Part shown: positions 19,140-29,995 of the stretch, piece by piece
Numbering within the stretch: position 1 is the first letter of the stretch
Layout: every line of letters starts with the position of its first letter
From: Christensenellaceae bacterium
GTDB lineage: Bacteria > Bacillota > Clostridia > Christensenellales > DTU072
Assembly (NCBI GenBank): GCA_031278175.1
Contig: JAITLB010000021.1
Coordinates: 1 to 45,657, forward strand
DNA length: 45,657 nucleotides
Reading direction: 5' to 3'
The notes under the pieces: generated by a model
What the model was told of the DNA's origin: nothing
What the model saw: only the letters and a program-made list of their open reading frames with translations
Database searches by the model: none
Translations under genes and position numbers: made by a program

Positions 19140-21131
19140 CTAGGTTAGTGTTACGCGCTTAAGTGATTTCTTTTCTCCATATGCAATAATTTCAGCTCGA
19201 TATTTTTCAACATCGATCTCTTCGGAGATGCGCTTAACTATGCGCACTGTATTTAAGGTCGGTCTAAACCTCGATTTGCCACTTTGGCTTTCACCAATCC
19301 AATCGCCTGCGCCGCGCATGGCATAATCTTTTTCAGCTATCTTTAAGCCATCTCTCTCTTCTACTAATACTTTCAACCGCGTTAACTCTTCTTCCTCCGC
19401 TTTCTGAGAATACAAAAAACAATATGCTTTTAGCCCGTTGCGACCTATTCGTCCACGCAATTGATGCAATGTAGACAACCCAAACTTTTCCGCATCGAAA
19501 ATTACCATTAACGATGTATTAGGAACATCAATACCAACTTCTATTATGGAAGTTGATACAAGAATTGAGATTTCGTTAAGTCTAAAAGCTTCTAATATTT
19601 TGTTTTTCTCGTCTGATTTGCACTCCCCATGCAAGATGGCAACTTCAACACTCCCTTTAGTCTTTTCAAGTGTTTCGGCATATATTTTTTCCGCCGAATC
19701 GCCTGGGATTCCCTCATCATCGTATATGCGAGGTGCTACAAAATATGCTTGCTTACCGCCCCTGCATTCTTCAATAACATATTCTATCATCGCATCTTTC
19801 TTTATTTGCGGTACAATTGCAGTAATAATATTAGACGCATCATGTCTTCGTTCTATATTTATTAGATCAATATCACCAAACATCGCCAAACGTAGCGACC
19901 GTGGAATGGGTGTAGCCGACAAAGTCAAAATATCAGGTGATCCGTTTTTTTCTATTAGTGCGGTGCGTTGAGCCACACCAAAACGGTGTTGCTCGTCTAT
20001 TATGACAAATGCTAAATCATTAAATTCAACGCTTCTAGATATTATAGCATGTGTGCCTATCACGATTTGTATTTTGCCCGTTGAAATATCGCCAATCAGT
20101 TCTTTTTTTGTCTTTTTGCTTAGCGCCGCCGTTAAAAGCTCCACTCTTACACCAAATGGCGATAAAATCTCTTCAAATACGCTTTTATGCTGTTGCGCTA
20201 ATATTTCTGTCGGTGCTAGTACTGCTACTTGCCGGCGCGAATTAGTCACATAATATGCTATTATAAGTGCTACTATGGTTTTACCGCTCCCGACATCGCC
20301 TGCTAACATCGCATTGAGACAGTGCGATGAATTCATTGTAGAAAGAATTCTTTCGATTGCGGTATTTTGAGATGGGGTGAGCGTGTACGGCAACGATTTA
20401 ATGATATCATCTATTACTCGCGTGTCACCGTCATACCCTTTCTGTTTTATTTCATCTTCTCTTATAAATCTATAAGCGCAAACGCGTTTAACTAATTCCT
20501 CTATGGAGATCCTTATTTCTGCGTTTTTTATATCAGAGACAAATTCTGGTTGATGAATCATTTGATAGGCACGCGTTAAATCAAAGATGCCGTATTTCTT
20601 TTCTATCTCATCGGAAATTATGCTTTTTGCGACATAATCAGTTAGAACAGCTTTTATAATAGCAATTATAGCAGTCTGTGACATTATGCCGCGCACTGGA
20701 TAAATGGGGCGGATACCTTTAAATGATGAAAACAAACCTGTAGTACCGTCATAAATCGGATTGGTTAATAGATATCGCCCATCTTCTTTTTTTATTTTTC
20801 CAAAGCAACTGATCCTGCAATTTTCAACTATATACTTCGCATTATAATTAGCATTGAACCATACAATTTTAACGCACTCGCCAGCATCTGTTACGCCTCT
20901 TGCCGAAAAAACTTCAAGAGCGCCTTTCTGGAACGGTTTGCCAACGCTTTTAATAGACAATGCTAATACAACAAACTGCCCATCATAGCATTCTTTAAGA
21001 TTTGATAACTTTTCAAGGTCAACGTGTCGCTGCGGAAAAAAATTCATTAGATCATCAATTGACTCAATTCCTAATTTCTGTAGTTTAAGAATATTGGGTT
21101 TTGTAATACCCAGTATACTCGACAGTGACAT
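19140..21131 (-). CDS. recG: ATP-dependent DNA helicase RecG
   Basis: 663 aa. GDVGSGKT Walker A, IIDEQHRFGVAQR, a wedge domain, and the HQLRGRIGR motif. Confidence 0.9.
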   Translation of the reverse strand: MSLSSILGITKPNILKLQKLGIESIDDLMNFFPQRHVDLEKLSNLKECYDGQFVVLALSIKSVGKPFQKGALEVFSARGVTDAGECVKIVWFNANYNAKYIVENCRISCFGKIKKEDGRYLLTNPIYDGTTGLFSSFKGIRPIYPVRGIMSQTAIIAIIKAVLTDYVAKSIISDEIEKKYGIFDLTRAYQMIHQPEFVSDIKNAEIRISIEELVKRVCAYRFIREDEIKQKGYDGDTRVIDDIIKSLPYTLTPSQNTAIERILSTMNSSHCLNAMLAGDVGSGKTIVALIIAYYVTNSRRQVAVLAPTEILAQQHKSVFEEILSPFGVRVELLTAALSKKTKKELIGDISTGKIQIVIGTHAIISRSVEFNDLAFVIIDEQHRFGVAQRTALIEKNGSPDILTLSATPIPRSLRLAMFGDIDLINIERRHDASNIITAIVPQIKKDAMIEYVIEECRGGKQAYFVAPRIYDDEGIPGDSAEKIYAETLEKTKGSVEVAILHGECKSDEKNKILEAFRLNEISILVSTSIIEVGIDVPNTSLMVIFDAEKFGLSTLHQLRGRIGRNGLKAYCFLYSQKAEEEELTRLKVLVEERDGLKIAEKDYAMRGAGDWIGESQSGKSRFRPTLNTVRIVKRISEEIDVEKYRAEIIAYGEKKSLKRVTLT

Positions 21132-22774
21132 TATTCCACCGCGACAAAATAGGAATAGTGCGTCTGACCACCAAAATATACAGCTACATCATGGTTTGTG
21201 TAGAGTGAGATTAGTTTGTTACACAATTTTTCAGCAGCTTCTAGAGACACCACATCACCGAAATATAGCGTTATTGAAGCTGTTTCCTTATCTATCATTT
21301 TTTCAATTAGCTCGATTGTTACCTGTTCTACGTCATCGCCTTTTGCTACAATAGAGTTATAGATGCCAATTATATCGCCTTCTTTGACCTCAAAGCCATC
21401 TGCCTCTGTAGTCCTTACGGCATGCGTTACTTGACCACTTCTTACAGCTGATGCTGCTTTCTGCATAGCTAAAACATTTGTCGGCACGTCACAGTCGGGA
21501 TTGAAATTTAGAGCTGCTGCTATACCTTGAGTGACACTTTTTGTAGCAATTATTATTAATTCACATGTAACTAGTTCTTTTGCTTGCTCTGCTGCTAAAA
21601 TAATATTTCCATTGTTTGGCAATATAAAGACGGTATCAGCTGCCACACTGTTAACTACATCGACTATATTTGCAACGCTAGGGTTCATAGTCTGTCCGCC
21701 CTCTATTATTGCATCTACAGTAAGATCTTCAAATATCTCTTTTAAGCCTTCGCCTAAACTCACTGCTACCATACCAAGTGGCTTCTTTTTGAATTTCTCG
21801 CTTTCTTTTTTGAATGTACGACTTTGTTCTAGCATGTTCTCGATTTTGGGTTTATCTAACTCGCCCAGTTGCAGTGCAAAACCTAGTGCCTTATCGGGGT
21901 TGTTTGTGTGTACGTGTACCTTGACAAGAGAGAGATCGCCTACTACTATGACACAGTCGCCTAGCGCAGATAATCTGTCACGCAACTTATCAATATCGGA
22001 TAGCGTTGTACTTCTTTTGAGATTTATAATAAAAAACTCAGTACAATACGCATATTTAAGATCCTCTAAATTGTGTATGTCTGGGAAAAACGAATCCGCG
22101 CTACCTGGTCCTATCTTTATTACCTCTGGCGGTTCTATTCCTGGAATAGCAATCATTTCAATGCCCGCTAGTGCATTATACATTCCAGTTAGGATCATTA
22201 AAAGTCCCATACCACCCGAGTCAACAACACCAGCCTTTTTCAAAACATCGAGCATGTTCGGTGTGTTATCTAGTGTTTCTCGTGCCTTATCTAGCACGAT
22301 CTCGAAAAAGTTTAAAAAATCATGTCTTTTTTTAGCTGCCTTAGACGCACAGAGTCCTACTGCACGAATGACAGTCAAAATTGTCCCCTCTTTGGGGTTT
22401 GTAACGGCATCATACGCTACATATGAACCATTATTCAATGCCTCAGCAAAAACTTTTGTATCAATCTGTTTTGACTCAGACAATACATTTGTCATGCCCT
22501 TAAAAATTTGCGACAATATAACACCACTGTTGCCACGCGCGCCTTTAAGCGCACCACGAGAAATGGCTGAACAAACTGCTCGCCGATCCGATAGATCAAC
22601 TGCCTCCAACTCATTTATCGTTGACACCATTGTCAAATTCATGTTTGTACCAGTGTCACCATCTGGGACAGGAAATACATTTAATCTGTCGACATACTCC
22701 CTGTTTATATTTATATTTGTCGCTCCGCCTTTGAACATTTTCTTTAATTGTTCATTATCGATGATCGTAATCAT
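21131..22774 (-). CDS. yloV: DAK2-domain fusion protein YloV
   Basis: N-terminal Dak2-like VPDGDTGTNM region plus a DegV-like C-terminal half. 547 aa. In the conserved asp23-yloV-recG order. Confidence 0.85.
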   Translation of the reverse strand: MITIIDNEQLKKMFKGGATNININREYVDRLNVFPVPDGDTGTNMNLTMVSTINELEAVDLSDRRAVCSAISRGALKGARGNSGVILSQIFKGMTNVLSESKQIDTKVFAEALNNGSYVAYDAVTNPKEGTILTVIRAVGLCASKAAKKRHDFLNFFEIVLDKARETLDNTPNMLDVLKKAGVVDSGGMGLLMILTGMYNALAGIEMIAIPGIEPPEVIKIGPGSADSFFPDIHNLEDLKYAYCTEFFIINLKRSTTLSDIDKLRDRLSALGDCVIVVGDLSLVKVHVHTNNPDKALGFALQLGELDKPKIENMLEQSRTFKKESEKFKKKPLGMVAVSLGEGLKEIFEDLTVDAIIEGGQTMNPSVANIVDVVNSVAADTVFILPNNGNIILAAEQAKELVTCELIIIATKSVTQGIAAALNFNPDCDVPTNVLAMQKAASAVRSGQVTHAVRTTEADGFEVKEGDIIGIYNSIVAKGDDVEQVTIELIEKMIDKETASITLYFGDVVSLEAAEKLCNKLISLYTNHDVAVYFGGQTHYSYFVAVE

Positions 22775-22873
22775 TGCGCTTGTTTCCTTTATTTAATAAC
22801 TCAAGGCACTTTTGCCCTGATTATCCCCTCATTAGCACATTTTCGAGTTTAACGATAGTCCAAATCGCACGCG

Positions 22874-23224
22874 TTATAACCTAACTCCAACGACATTAAC
22901 GTTGACCGATTTCACACGCATCCCTGTCAAATATTCGATACGATAAATAACTAACTCTCTTAGGCTTTTTACTACTGCATCGGAATTAATTCCACTTTTT
23001 AATACTACATAGATATCTATGTACATTTTATCTTGGACTGTCGCAACTTTAACACCTTTAGTTGCTGGTGACTTATTGAACATGGCTAAAACGCTATCTG
23101 AAAATCGTCTTGATACAAGATCGACAACACCATAGCATTCCAGAGCAACCCTGTTGGTCGCCATCATAATCACGTCATCGCTAATGGTTATATTTCCATA
23201 ATAATTGGAGGTGAAAAGTGCCAT
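22874..23224 (-). CDS. asp23: Asp23/Gls24-family envelope stress (alkaline shock) protein
   Basis: ITISDDVIMMATNRVALECYGVV..VNVNVVGVRL. GAAGGA RBS before the internal ATG at 23224. The ORF-track N-terminal extension is rejected. Confidence 0.75.
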   Translation of the reverse strand: MALFTSNYYGNITISDDVIMMATNRVALECYGVVDLVSRRFSDSVLAMFNKSPATKGVKVATVQDKMYIDIYVVLKSGINSDAVVKSLRELVIYRIEYLTGMRVKSVNVNVVGVRL

Positions 23225-23311
23225 AATATCCTTCGGGTATTTTGTTATACTATAATAATAAAATAAATAGCGCAAAAATGCAAGCAAAACAAAAAATGAT
23301 ATAGCATTCAA

Positions 23312-23340
23312 TTGCAAAAATTGAAATATAATTGTATAAT
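23312..23340 (+). promoter_or_regulatory. sigma-A promoter for rpmB: TTGCAA-N17-TATAAT
   Basis: ttgcaaaaattgaaatataattgtataat, about 100 nt upstream of rpmB, with an AGGAGG RBS further downstream. Confidence 0.55.
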
Positions 23341-23443
23341 ATGCACAATCGCGTTTTAAAACGAGCTGTTTTCACGCTCCGTAAGAGTAAAAACGGCGGT
23401 TGAATATGACATAGTAAGGTTAGAGATAACCAGGAGGCGAGAC

Positions 23444-23638
23444 ATGCGAATTTGTACAGTATGCGGAAAACGCGAGATGCATGGGAAAAAAGTTAGTCAT
23501 AGTAACATCAAGACCCCACGACGTTGGCGTGTTAATGTCCAGAAAGTTAATGCTCTCCAGTTGCAAAATGGAGAAGTTGTTTCAGGATATGTATGCTCTA
23601 GATGCATACGCACAGCACACAAGGTTGCATCAAAATAG
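23444..23638 (+). CDS. rpmB: 50S ribosomal protein L28
   Basis: MRICTVCGK..HSNIKTPRRW..NVQKV matches the L28 family. 64 aa. Confidence 0.9.
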   Translation: MRICTVCGKREMHGKKVSHSNIKTPRRWRVNVQKVNALQLQNGEVVSGYVCSRCIRTAHKVASK

Positions 23639-23773
23639 AATATATTATCTCGCGCTTTGATCTTTTAATCTAAATTTCAACGCGCTCTAGATAAGCGTTT
23701 TAAAGTACAATCAAACGGTCGATACTAGAGAGCATCGATCGTTTTTTACATTTATATGTCAAAACGGAGAAGC

Positions 23774-24724
23774 ATGTTAAAAAATTTTAAAATTGGTCAT
23801 TACTCGGACATCGATAACGGTACTGGAGTAACAGTTCTTTTAGCCGAAACGGGAGCAGTCGGCGGTGTTTGCGTTAGAGGCGCAGCACCAGCAACGCGCG
23901 AAACTGATTTGCTATCAGATGGCAAAACTGTAAAGATCGTTAACGCAGTCGTGCTATCAGGTGGTAGTGCTTTTGGATTAGAAGCATCTTGTGGGGTTAT
24001 GGATTGGCTGAAAGAACACAATATCGGTTTCAATGCAGGCAAATATCGCGTACCGATAGTCGTAGGCGCTTCTCTTTATGATCTTGAATACAAAAATTTT
24101 GCTTACCCCGACAAAATAGCAGGGTATAAAGCCTGTCAAACTGCAAAAACTGATAACTTCATAACGGGCAGTATAGGTGCAGGCACAGGGGCTACTATAA
24201 GTAAAATATTTGGTCAAAAAACAGCAGTCAAGGCGGGGATCGGTGTTGCTACGTATTCCTTAAATGGACTTGAGATTGCTGTAATTGTCGCTGTTAATGC
24301 TTTAGGTGATATTATACAGGGCGGCAAAATTATCGCTGGTGCTATGAGTGAAAGAGATGAGTACATCGATTGTAGGGCTATAATGTCTGCGGGGAGCCTT
24401 CCACTAAACACGCAAAACACCACTATCGGATGTATTATTACAAACGCTAATTTAACCAAAGAACAAGCTAATGTGCTAGCAAGTGTTGCGCATGATGGTT
24501 TCGCTCTTTCTCTAAGTCCTTCTCATACAATGTTCGATGGCGATGCTATGTTTGTAATGGCTTCAGGCGAAAAACAGATCGAGTTCAATCTCGCTGTATC
24601 AATAATTCCCGAACTAACGGCACGCGCAATCGTGTCCTCTGTCGAAAATCAAACCAATTCCACCGCTGTGCGCGTTAATAAAACAGCTTATGCTCTCTTC
24701 AAAAAAGCTTTTAGACGAAAATAA
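23774..24724 (+). CDS. P1/S58-family peptidase (DmpA-like L-aminopeptidase/D-esterase)
   Basis: GHYSDIDNGTGVTVLL..VLSGGSAFGLEA..TTIGCIITNANLTK is characteristic of the DmpA/OAT fold. GGAGA RBS precedes the internal ATG at 23774. Confidence 0.7.
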   Translation: MLKNFKIGHYSDIDNGTGVTVLLAETGAVGGVCVRGAAPATRETDLLSDGKTVKIVNAVVLSGGSAFGLEASCGVMDWLKEHNIGFNAGKYRVPIVVGASLYDLEYKNFAYPDKIAGYKACQTAKTDNFITGSIGAGTGATISKIFGQKTAVKAGIGVATYSLNGLEIAVIVAVNALGDIIQGGKIIAGAMSERDEYIDCRAIMSAGSLPLNTQNTTIGCIITNANLTKEQANVLASVAHDGFALSLSPSHTMFDGDAMFVMASGEKQIEFNLAVSIIPELTARAIVSSVENQTNSTAVRVNKTAYALFKKAFRRK

Positions 24725-24727
24725 CAA

Positions 24728-25273
24728 TTAAATTTTTTGTAATACAGTTAAAAATTTTGCGATAGGGGTCATTGCTATCTGCGCATGTGGCAATTCAGCG
24801 TTAAAATAAACACAATCGCCTTCTGATAGGTAATAATCTTTCTCGTTTACTACTACGCGTAGCATCCCTTCTAATACGTAATTGAATTCGTTTCCAGGAT
24901 GTTTTACCATTTCAGGTAAAATACCTTGCTTAATTGTAACCATCATCGGTTCTAGTGCTGGATTTATAAAGCCACCATTTAACGCTAAAAACGAGTATCC
25001 ATCGTACCTCGTTATCTCTTTTGCTTTGCCTTTATATACTATTGCACATTCATTATTATCAGGTTCTTCGCCAGTCAACAACACGACAGGCTCTATCATT
25101 AGCACATTCGCTATTTCATAAATTTTGCCTATTGATATGTTCTTGCGACCTTCTTCGTAGTCTAAATACTCCTCAACGTCTATGTTGAGCTTGCCTGCAA
25201 ACTCTTCTGGCGAGTAGTCAGAAAACTCTCTCAAATCCTTTATTCGTGCGCATATCTCTTTTAAATTATCCAT
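24728..25273 (-). CDS. XRE-family HTH + cupin-domain transcriptional regulator
   Basis: N-terminal HTH_3 (ICARIKDLREFSDYSPEEFAGKLNI) and C-terminal cupin (GNEFNYVLEGMLRVVV). Confidence 0.7.
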   Translation of the reverse strand: MDNLKEICARIKDLREFSDYSPEEFAGKLNIDVEEYLDYEEGRKNISIGKIYEIANVLMIEPVVLLTGEEPDNNECAIVYKGKAKEITRYDGYSFLALNGGFINPALEPMMVTIKQGILPEMVKHPGNEFNYVLEGMLRVVVNEKDYYLSEGDCVYFNAELPHAQIAMTPIAKFLTVLQKI

Positions 25274-25386
25274 GCTTAACTACCTCGCTAATTTAGTTTG
25301 TGTATATTTTAGTTGTATTTTTATTTGAGTGTTGATTATCAATTGAATGCTGTCACCTTATCAGTTAACAAAATTTATACATTTCG

Positions 25387-25935
25387 TTATTTGATTTCCT
25401 TGTATCGGCGAAATTTAGCTTTCATCTTTAATTTTTTTGGATCTACGCGCTCTCTAATAAACTCGCAAAAGTCTACAAAATTGCCTATTCTGAAATCCGT
25501 GTAGTTGATGTAGAACATAATAGCAGTACTAAAATAAACGTATGCCTTGTCCTTTAACAGTGCGATTTTGTCAATATCCTCGTATAGCTTTTTGTCCGTA
25601 AATTTAGTCGTCCCATCATTTTCAAATACGTCTGCGGTCACACCTAATTCGTTAAAAGATATTTCCCATTTTGTGGCTCCTCGCTTTTCAAATTCTTGCT
25701 TGTATCCACCACTTGCAACAGCAACATACAGTGCTATGCAAAAAGCTATTAAAGCAATCGTTGCTGCACACAGTATAAGTACAACCAAATTATTGAACCC
25801 TAACCCCAAGACCAATCCCGCTATGAATAGAAATGCTGTAAGCACAATTTCTCTAACACCGATGTATTTTTTTAAATAATACATGTTGCAAGCTAGCCAC
25901 TGATTTTTGTTTATTTTAACTTCTGCATTGAACAT
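25387..25935 (-). CDS. YcxB-like membrane protein (2 TM helices + PH-like domain)
   Basis: Two adjacent TM helices followed by a ~100 aa soluble domain, as in the YcxB family. Confidence 0.4.
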   Translation of the reverse strand: MFNAEVKINKNQWLACNMYYLKKYIGVREIVLTAFLFIAGLVLGLGFNNLVVLILCAATIALIAFCIALYVAVASGGYKQEFEKRGATKWEISFNELGVTADVFENDGTTKFTDKKLYEDIDKIALLKDKAYVYFSTAIMFYINYTDFRIGNFVDFCEFIRERVDPKKLKMKAKFRRYKEIK

Positions 25936-26083
25936 AGTTTATTCCCTTTTAGAGATCAAAATAAATGCTGACAACTACTTTGTTGATCTCATACTTTGCA
26001 CGCTTGCAACTTTTATGTTTCCCTATTACAGTTTAATCGCAAAAACTCCTAAAACCCTAGTTAAGCAAATCAATCATTACTTA

Positions 26084-28390
26084 CTATTTATATCTTGGAT
26101 ATAGTTTTAATAGGAAATTGACATCTTCAAAACTCCATATTGAAGTATCAAAGCCTAAACCAGGATTTACCATAGCCGTGGTTGAATTAGTTAAATAGTT
26201 TATAGTGGCTTCACTCAATCGATTGTTGTCGTTGTATACTACAGTTAAATTAAGAGATATAGACGTGGGTGAAAGTGATTGCCCAGCGTTCTTAGTCACT
26301 ACTTGCGACTCATAACCGAAAATGTTCTTAATCTGTCCAATATAATAAACTGTATTGGATACAGCGTCCTCATACAAGACTTGAGAACTTTGCCCAACAA
26401 CATTTCCAACAAAAGCGGTGTTAAATGTAGAACCAGTGCCAGCTCGCCTTCTTGATTCTGCGGATACATTACCAAAAGCTATACAACTTATCATCCGAAC
26501 TTCAGAGGCATGCCCTATAAGTCCGCCAGCAAACACTGAATGGAAAACACCTGATGTTATCACGTAAACACCTTCTGAGTTTTTATATGCGATTTCGACA
26601 GCTTTTATGACAACATCGCCGTATGCAAAATTATTTGCTATAAAATAAGTTTCTTTTTGATACTCTTGTCCCTTTAATCCATTTACACCTAGTATTGGGA
26701 TAATCGATTCAGCTCTGCCGATCAACCCTCCAGCGTATTCGTTGCCTGTTACTTTGCCTTGAGCAAAACAGTTCTTAATTGATCCGCCTGTCCCAGGGCC
26801 TATCGCTTTAGCTTTTTCTTCAGCTAAAAATTCGGAATCTGTTTGTGTTGTATCAATTCCAGGGTTGTCTTTTAGAGCTTCAAATATAACATCGCCTGCT
26901 ATATTAGGAGGACTCACTGAACTATAATTGAATATATTTACAGCAACTAGTCCACCTGCTGTTCGCGCCGTTACATTGCCCGTAGCATAACATTTTGAAA
27001 TCTCACCGCTAATATCATTGTAAGCGGATAGCCCGCCTGCTAGCGCGGCATATGACATACTTCCTGTGACTTCTCCTGTTGCGTAGGAATCAAATATTAT
27101 GCCGTTATTATACCCTGTAAGACCACCAGCATATTTGCCGTAGACGTTCACTGTCGAAAATGAATCTCTGATCGTGCCAGACCAATTGAATCCAGCGAGC
27201 CCACCGACAAAAACACCCTCATCGATTGATGCTGATGTTATAACACCAGTAGTGACACAATCTTCGACATTGCCTGTCGCGATACCGCCAACCAGACCGC
27301 CGATAAATGTATGAATTGTAGGAGTAGCATAGCCAAAAGTAGAACCGAGAAAATCGTCTAGTATTGAGCCTTCATAAATCAGTTCAGGATTGTTGATTAC
27401 AGCGTTAACGCTACAATTCAAAATATTACCACCATCTAACTTGCCAGCTAGTCCGCCTATATAGAATCTAGAAAACGCACCATCTAAGAAGATACGGGCA
27501 GATAAAATGTCTAAGTTTTTAACTGTGCCGACTTTCGTTGTATCTGCTTCTGATTTTCCTATAACCGCAAACAAGCCATATGGCATATAGTGATAATTTT
27601 GCTCTTCTGCTACAGGCATAATATTTAAATTAAGAAGTTTATGATTGTTTGAACTATCGTTGCCGTACACATCTCGCACAGCTGCGTTTAAAGTCCCAGT
27701 AAACGGCACAAGCCCACCCTCTGCGGGTATTACGACTGTATTTTCTCTGCCTTTTTCATCTGGCGGGTTTAACTTCAACCCAAGTGGTATCCATTCCACA
27801 CCGCTTAAATTTATATCTGACGTGATTCGGTAATTAGCATCCATTCTGACACTAATGCTTTTAAGTTCAGCTACACTCTCTATGGCTATTGCCCATTTTG
27901 CATAAAATGTAGTATTATTTGTTAGTGTATACGGGAATCTGACTACATTGGATAATGCCGAATCAAAATACCATCCATCTAACACATATCGAAATTGATA
28001 GCTTTTTCCGTCAACAGTAACTATTTCCGTTGCTCTTATCGCTTGTGGTGATGCGTTAACAGTCGAATATCGCTCAGGTTGCTTTGTTGTACCACCTGAT
28101 ACAACATAAGACAATGTGTATAAGTCGCCTTCAGCATGGTTGGGGTCAGCTACGACACCACTAGCCGAACTAGAAAAATTATCACTAGAGCCTTCGTATA
28201 CATTTGTTTGACTATCTTCTAAGTTAGTTGTTTGTCCTTCACTAGTAACATCTTGATCACCTGTACTCGTTTGAGTATCTGTGTCAACTAACGCAGTAGA
28301 AGCACAACTCGTCGCTGTAATTGCTATAATCAACAACACAAACACGATCGGTAGCAACCTTATTAATTTATATTTTGAGGCAATTAACAT
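26084..28390 (-). CDS. surface lipoprotein with a Listeria-Bacteroides (Flg_new) repeat and at least 8 GLUG motifs
   Basis: Lipobox ITATSC after the signal peptide. YVLDGWYFD...FYAKW matches the Flg_new repeat. Recurring (A)GGL(x)G units include AGGLTGYNNG, AGGLAGFNW, AGGLVAVN, AGGLIGRA and AGGLIGHA. Confidence 0.65.
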   Translation of the reverse strand: MLIASKYKLIRLLPIVFVLLIIAITATSCASTALVDTDTQTSTGDQDVTSEGQTTNLEDSQTNVYEGSSDNFSSSASGVVADPNHAEGDLYTLSYVVSGGTTKQPERYSTVNASPQAIRATEIVTVDGKSYQFRYVLDGWYFDSALSNVVRFPYTLTNNTTFYAKWAIAIESVAELKSISVRMDANYRITSDINLSGVEWIPLGLKLNPPDEKGRENTVVIPAEGGLVPFTGTLNAAVRDVYGNDSSNNHKLLNLNIMPVAEEQNYHYMPYGLFAVIGKSEADTTKVGTVKNLDILSARIFLDGAFSRFYIGGLAGKLDGGNILNCSVNAVINNPELIYEGSILDDFLGSTFGYATPTIHTFIGGLVGGIATGNVEDCVTTGVITSASIDEGVFVGGLAGFNWSGTIRDSFSTVNVYGKYAGGLTGYNNGIIFDSYATGEVTGSMSYAALAGGLSAYNDISGEISKCYATGNVTARTAGGLVAVNIFNYSSVSPPNIAGDVIFEALKDNPGIDTTQTDSEFLAEEKAKAIGPGTGGSIKNCFAQGKVTGNEYAGGLIGRAESIIPILGVNGLKGQEYQKETYFIANNFAYGDVVIKAVEIAYKNSEGVYVITSGVFHSVFAGGLIGHASEVRMISCIAFGNVSAESRRRAGTGSTFNTAFVGNVVGQSSQVLYEDAVSNTVYYIGQIKNIFGYESQVVTKNAGQSLSPTSISLNLTVVYNDNNRLSEATINYLTNSTTAMVNPGLGFDTSIWSFEDVNFLLKLYPRYK

Positions 28391-28672
28391 GCATCGCGCT
28401 CCTTTGAGAAGTCAAGCACACCATAAGTTGTGCATATGTTGCTATATTATATACTACGTGCGCGCACGCGTCAAGAGTTAATGCGAAATACGCACTTTAA
28501 AACGCGAAAACTCGTGCTCTTGATCCATTTTTAATATGTGAGACTGGATGTAGATATAAACACAATCTATTTTATAGACTAGATTTGCCTAGATAACGTT
28601 TTGTCTATTGACAATAAGTGGTTATTTGTTATATTATTATGTATTATCATTTTTGAGGACAGGTAAAAACGC

Positions 28673-29188
28673 ATGATTTTTAAAATCAGAAAAAAAATGT
28701 ACGAGATCGTCAACGATTACGCGCTGACTTCTTGCATCGGCGATACGCTCTTCAAAGTCGCTCACATCAGAAACGGGTTCTATTTTTATAATACACGTGG
28801 TGAGCAAATAGCTCAACTAACTTTCAACAGAAATGAAGCTCGAATTTCTGTGCCACATGTAATAACCAACGTTCCGACCATCATTACGGTTGCGCGCGAT
28901 GAAATTGGCAATTTTTACTTCTCTTATGACACAAATACACCAGATGACAATGCCTACATATCATCAGTTGTGCCCAGTAACGATGGTGCTGAACTCACCA
29001 TATGGGGCAATCTAGTCAAGTATTCTTTTGATATTTACGAAGGTCCGTCTTTATCTGCAAGCGTTGTACCTGTGCTAGATGATCCAGCACACTATATGAT
29101 AAAACTCGAAGAACAAGCTAACATCCTTCAAATGGTGATGATGGTAATAGCACTAGAAACACTTAATGACGGTATAGTCTTTAAATAA
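28673..29188 (+). CDS. hypothetical protein (possibly tubby-like / LURP-one-related fold)
   Basis: 171 aa with no confident family assignment. GAGGA RBS. Confidence 0.25.
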   Translation: MIFKIRKKMYEIVNDYALTSCIGDTLFKVAHIRNGFYFYNTRGEQIAQLTFNRNEARISVPHVITNVPTIITVARDEIGNFYFSYDTNTPDDNAYISSVVPSNDGAELTIWGNLVKYSFDIYEGPSLSASVVPVLDDPAHYMIKLEEQANILQMVMMVIALETLNDGIVFK

Positions 29189-29551
29189 AGACTGTGTAAT
29201 AGTTAAAACGCGTTGCTCTGCAGCGGGGGCTACCCTATTGCATTGTATCTGATTTTTATTGTTGATTTGGCAATTGCCCAGTAACCTGCGTCCCTATTTT
29301 CTTGCAACTCAAATGAGTAAGCAAGAGTGTTTTCTGCTAAAAATTGCTATTATTGCAGTTTTTTGCGGTTTGTTTGCTTAAAATTCAATCTAATACTAAT
29401 GTACTACAATTTTTAGAATCAACTGGCTTTTGTCAAAGATCACTAAGATCTTTTGCTACCATATCTACTGGACTTAGTATGTTTTTGTTGGCACATAACA
29501 TATTCTACGCTTGCAATTAATTTACTAGTCTAATTAAAAAACTTTGACATT

Positions 29552-29995
29552 TTACTCCTGAGTGCTTTTGCTATATGCATTATATGCCATTTCTGCTAAC
29601 AAATAGAGTGCATTATTTCTAAGTTTGCTACAATAATATTCTGTGTCTTCTAAAAACACATTAACACCTATATGCAATATCTCAGTGTCACAGGTTGCAA
29701 CACATGAAAATCTCTGTTCTTTTGCGTTCGTAAAAACATCTATAATTCCGATTATGTCACCCGCCTTTAAATGTGATACGGCTTTGTATCGTCCATCCGC
29801 TAGTGTAGTAAATAAAACAACACCGCCCTTTATAATTACTCCAATTTCTTCTATCTTATCATTTTGACGCGATAATATTGCGCCGGTTATGTGACGTGAA
29901 ATACTAGCGCTCATTTTGTCCAAAGCTTGACCTATTTGTGCATCTTCAATGTCATAAAAGAGCTTGCATTTTTTTATCGCCTTGATTATGTACAT
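29552..29995 (-). CDS. cyclic-nucleotide-binding (Crp-like beta-roll) domain protein without an HTH
   Basis: VIIKGGVVLF..DGRYKAVSHLKAGDIIGIIDVF...SCVATCDTEIL matches the cNMP-binding fold. 147 aa, so no DNA-binding domain. Confidence 0.45.
   Translation of the reverse strand: MYIIKAIKKCKLFYDIEDAQIGQALDKMSASISRHITGAILSRQNDKIEEIGVIIKGGVVLFTTLADGRYKAVSHLKAGDIIGIIDVFTNAKEQRFSCVATCDTEILHIGVNVFLEDTEYYCSKLRNNALYLLAEMAYNAYSKSTQE

Noticed and set aside
29542-29562. tttgacattttactc motif shared with 36194-36222
   Set aside because: It is only ~11 + 10 nt of AT-rich similarity. One copy overlaps the stop codon of a gene. It is probably chance.
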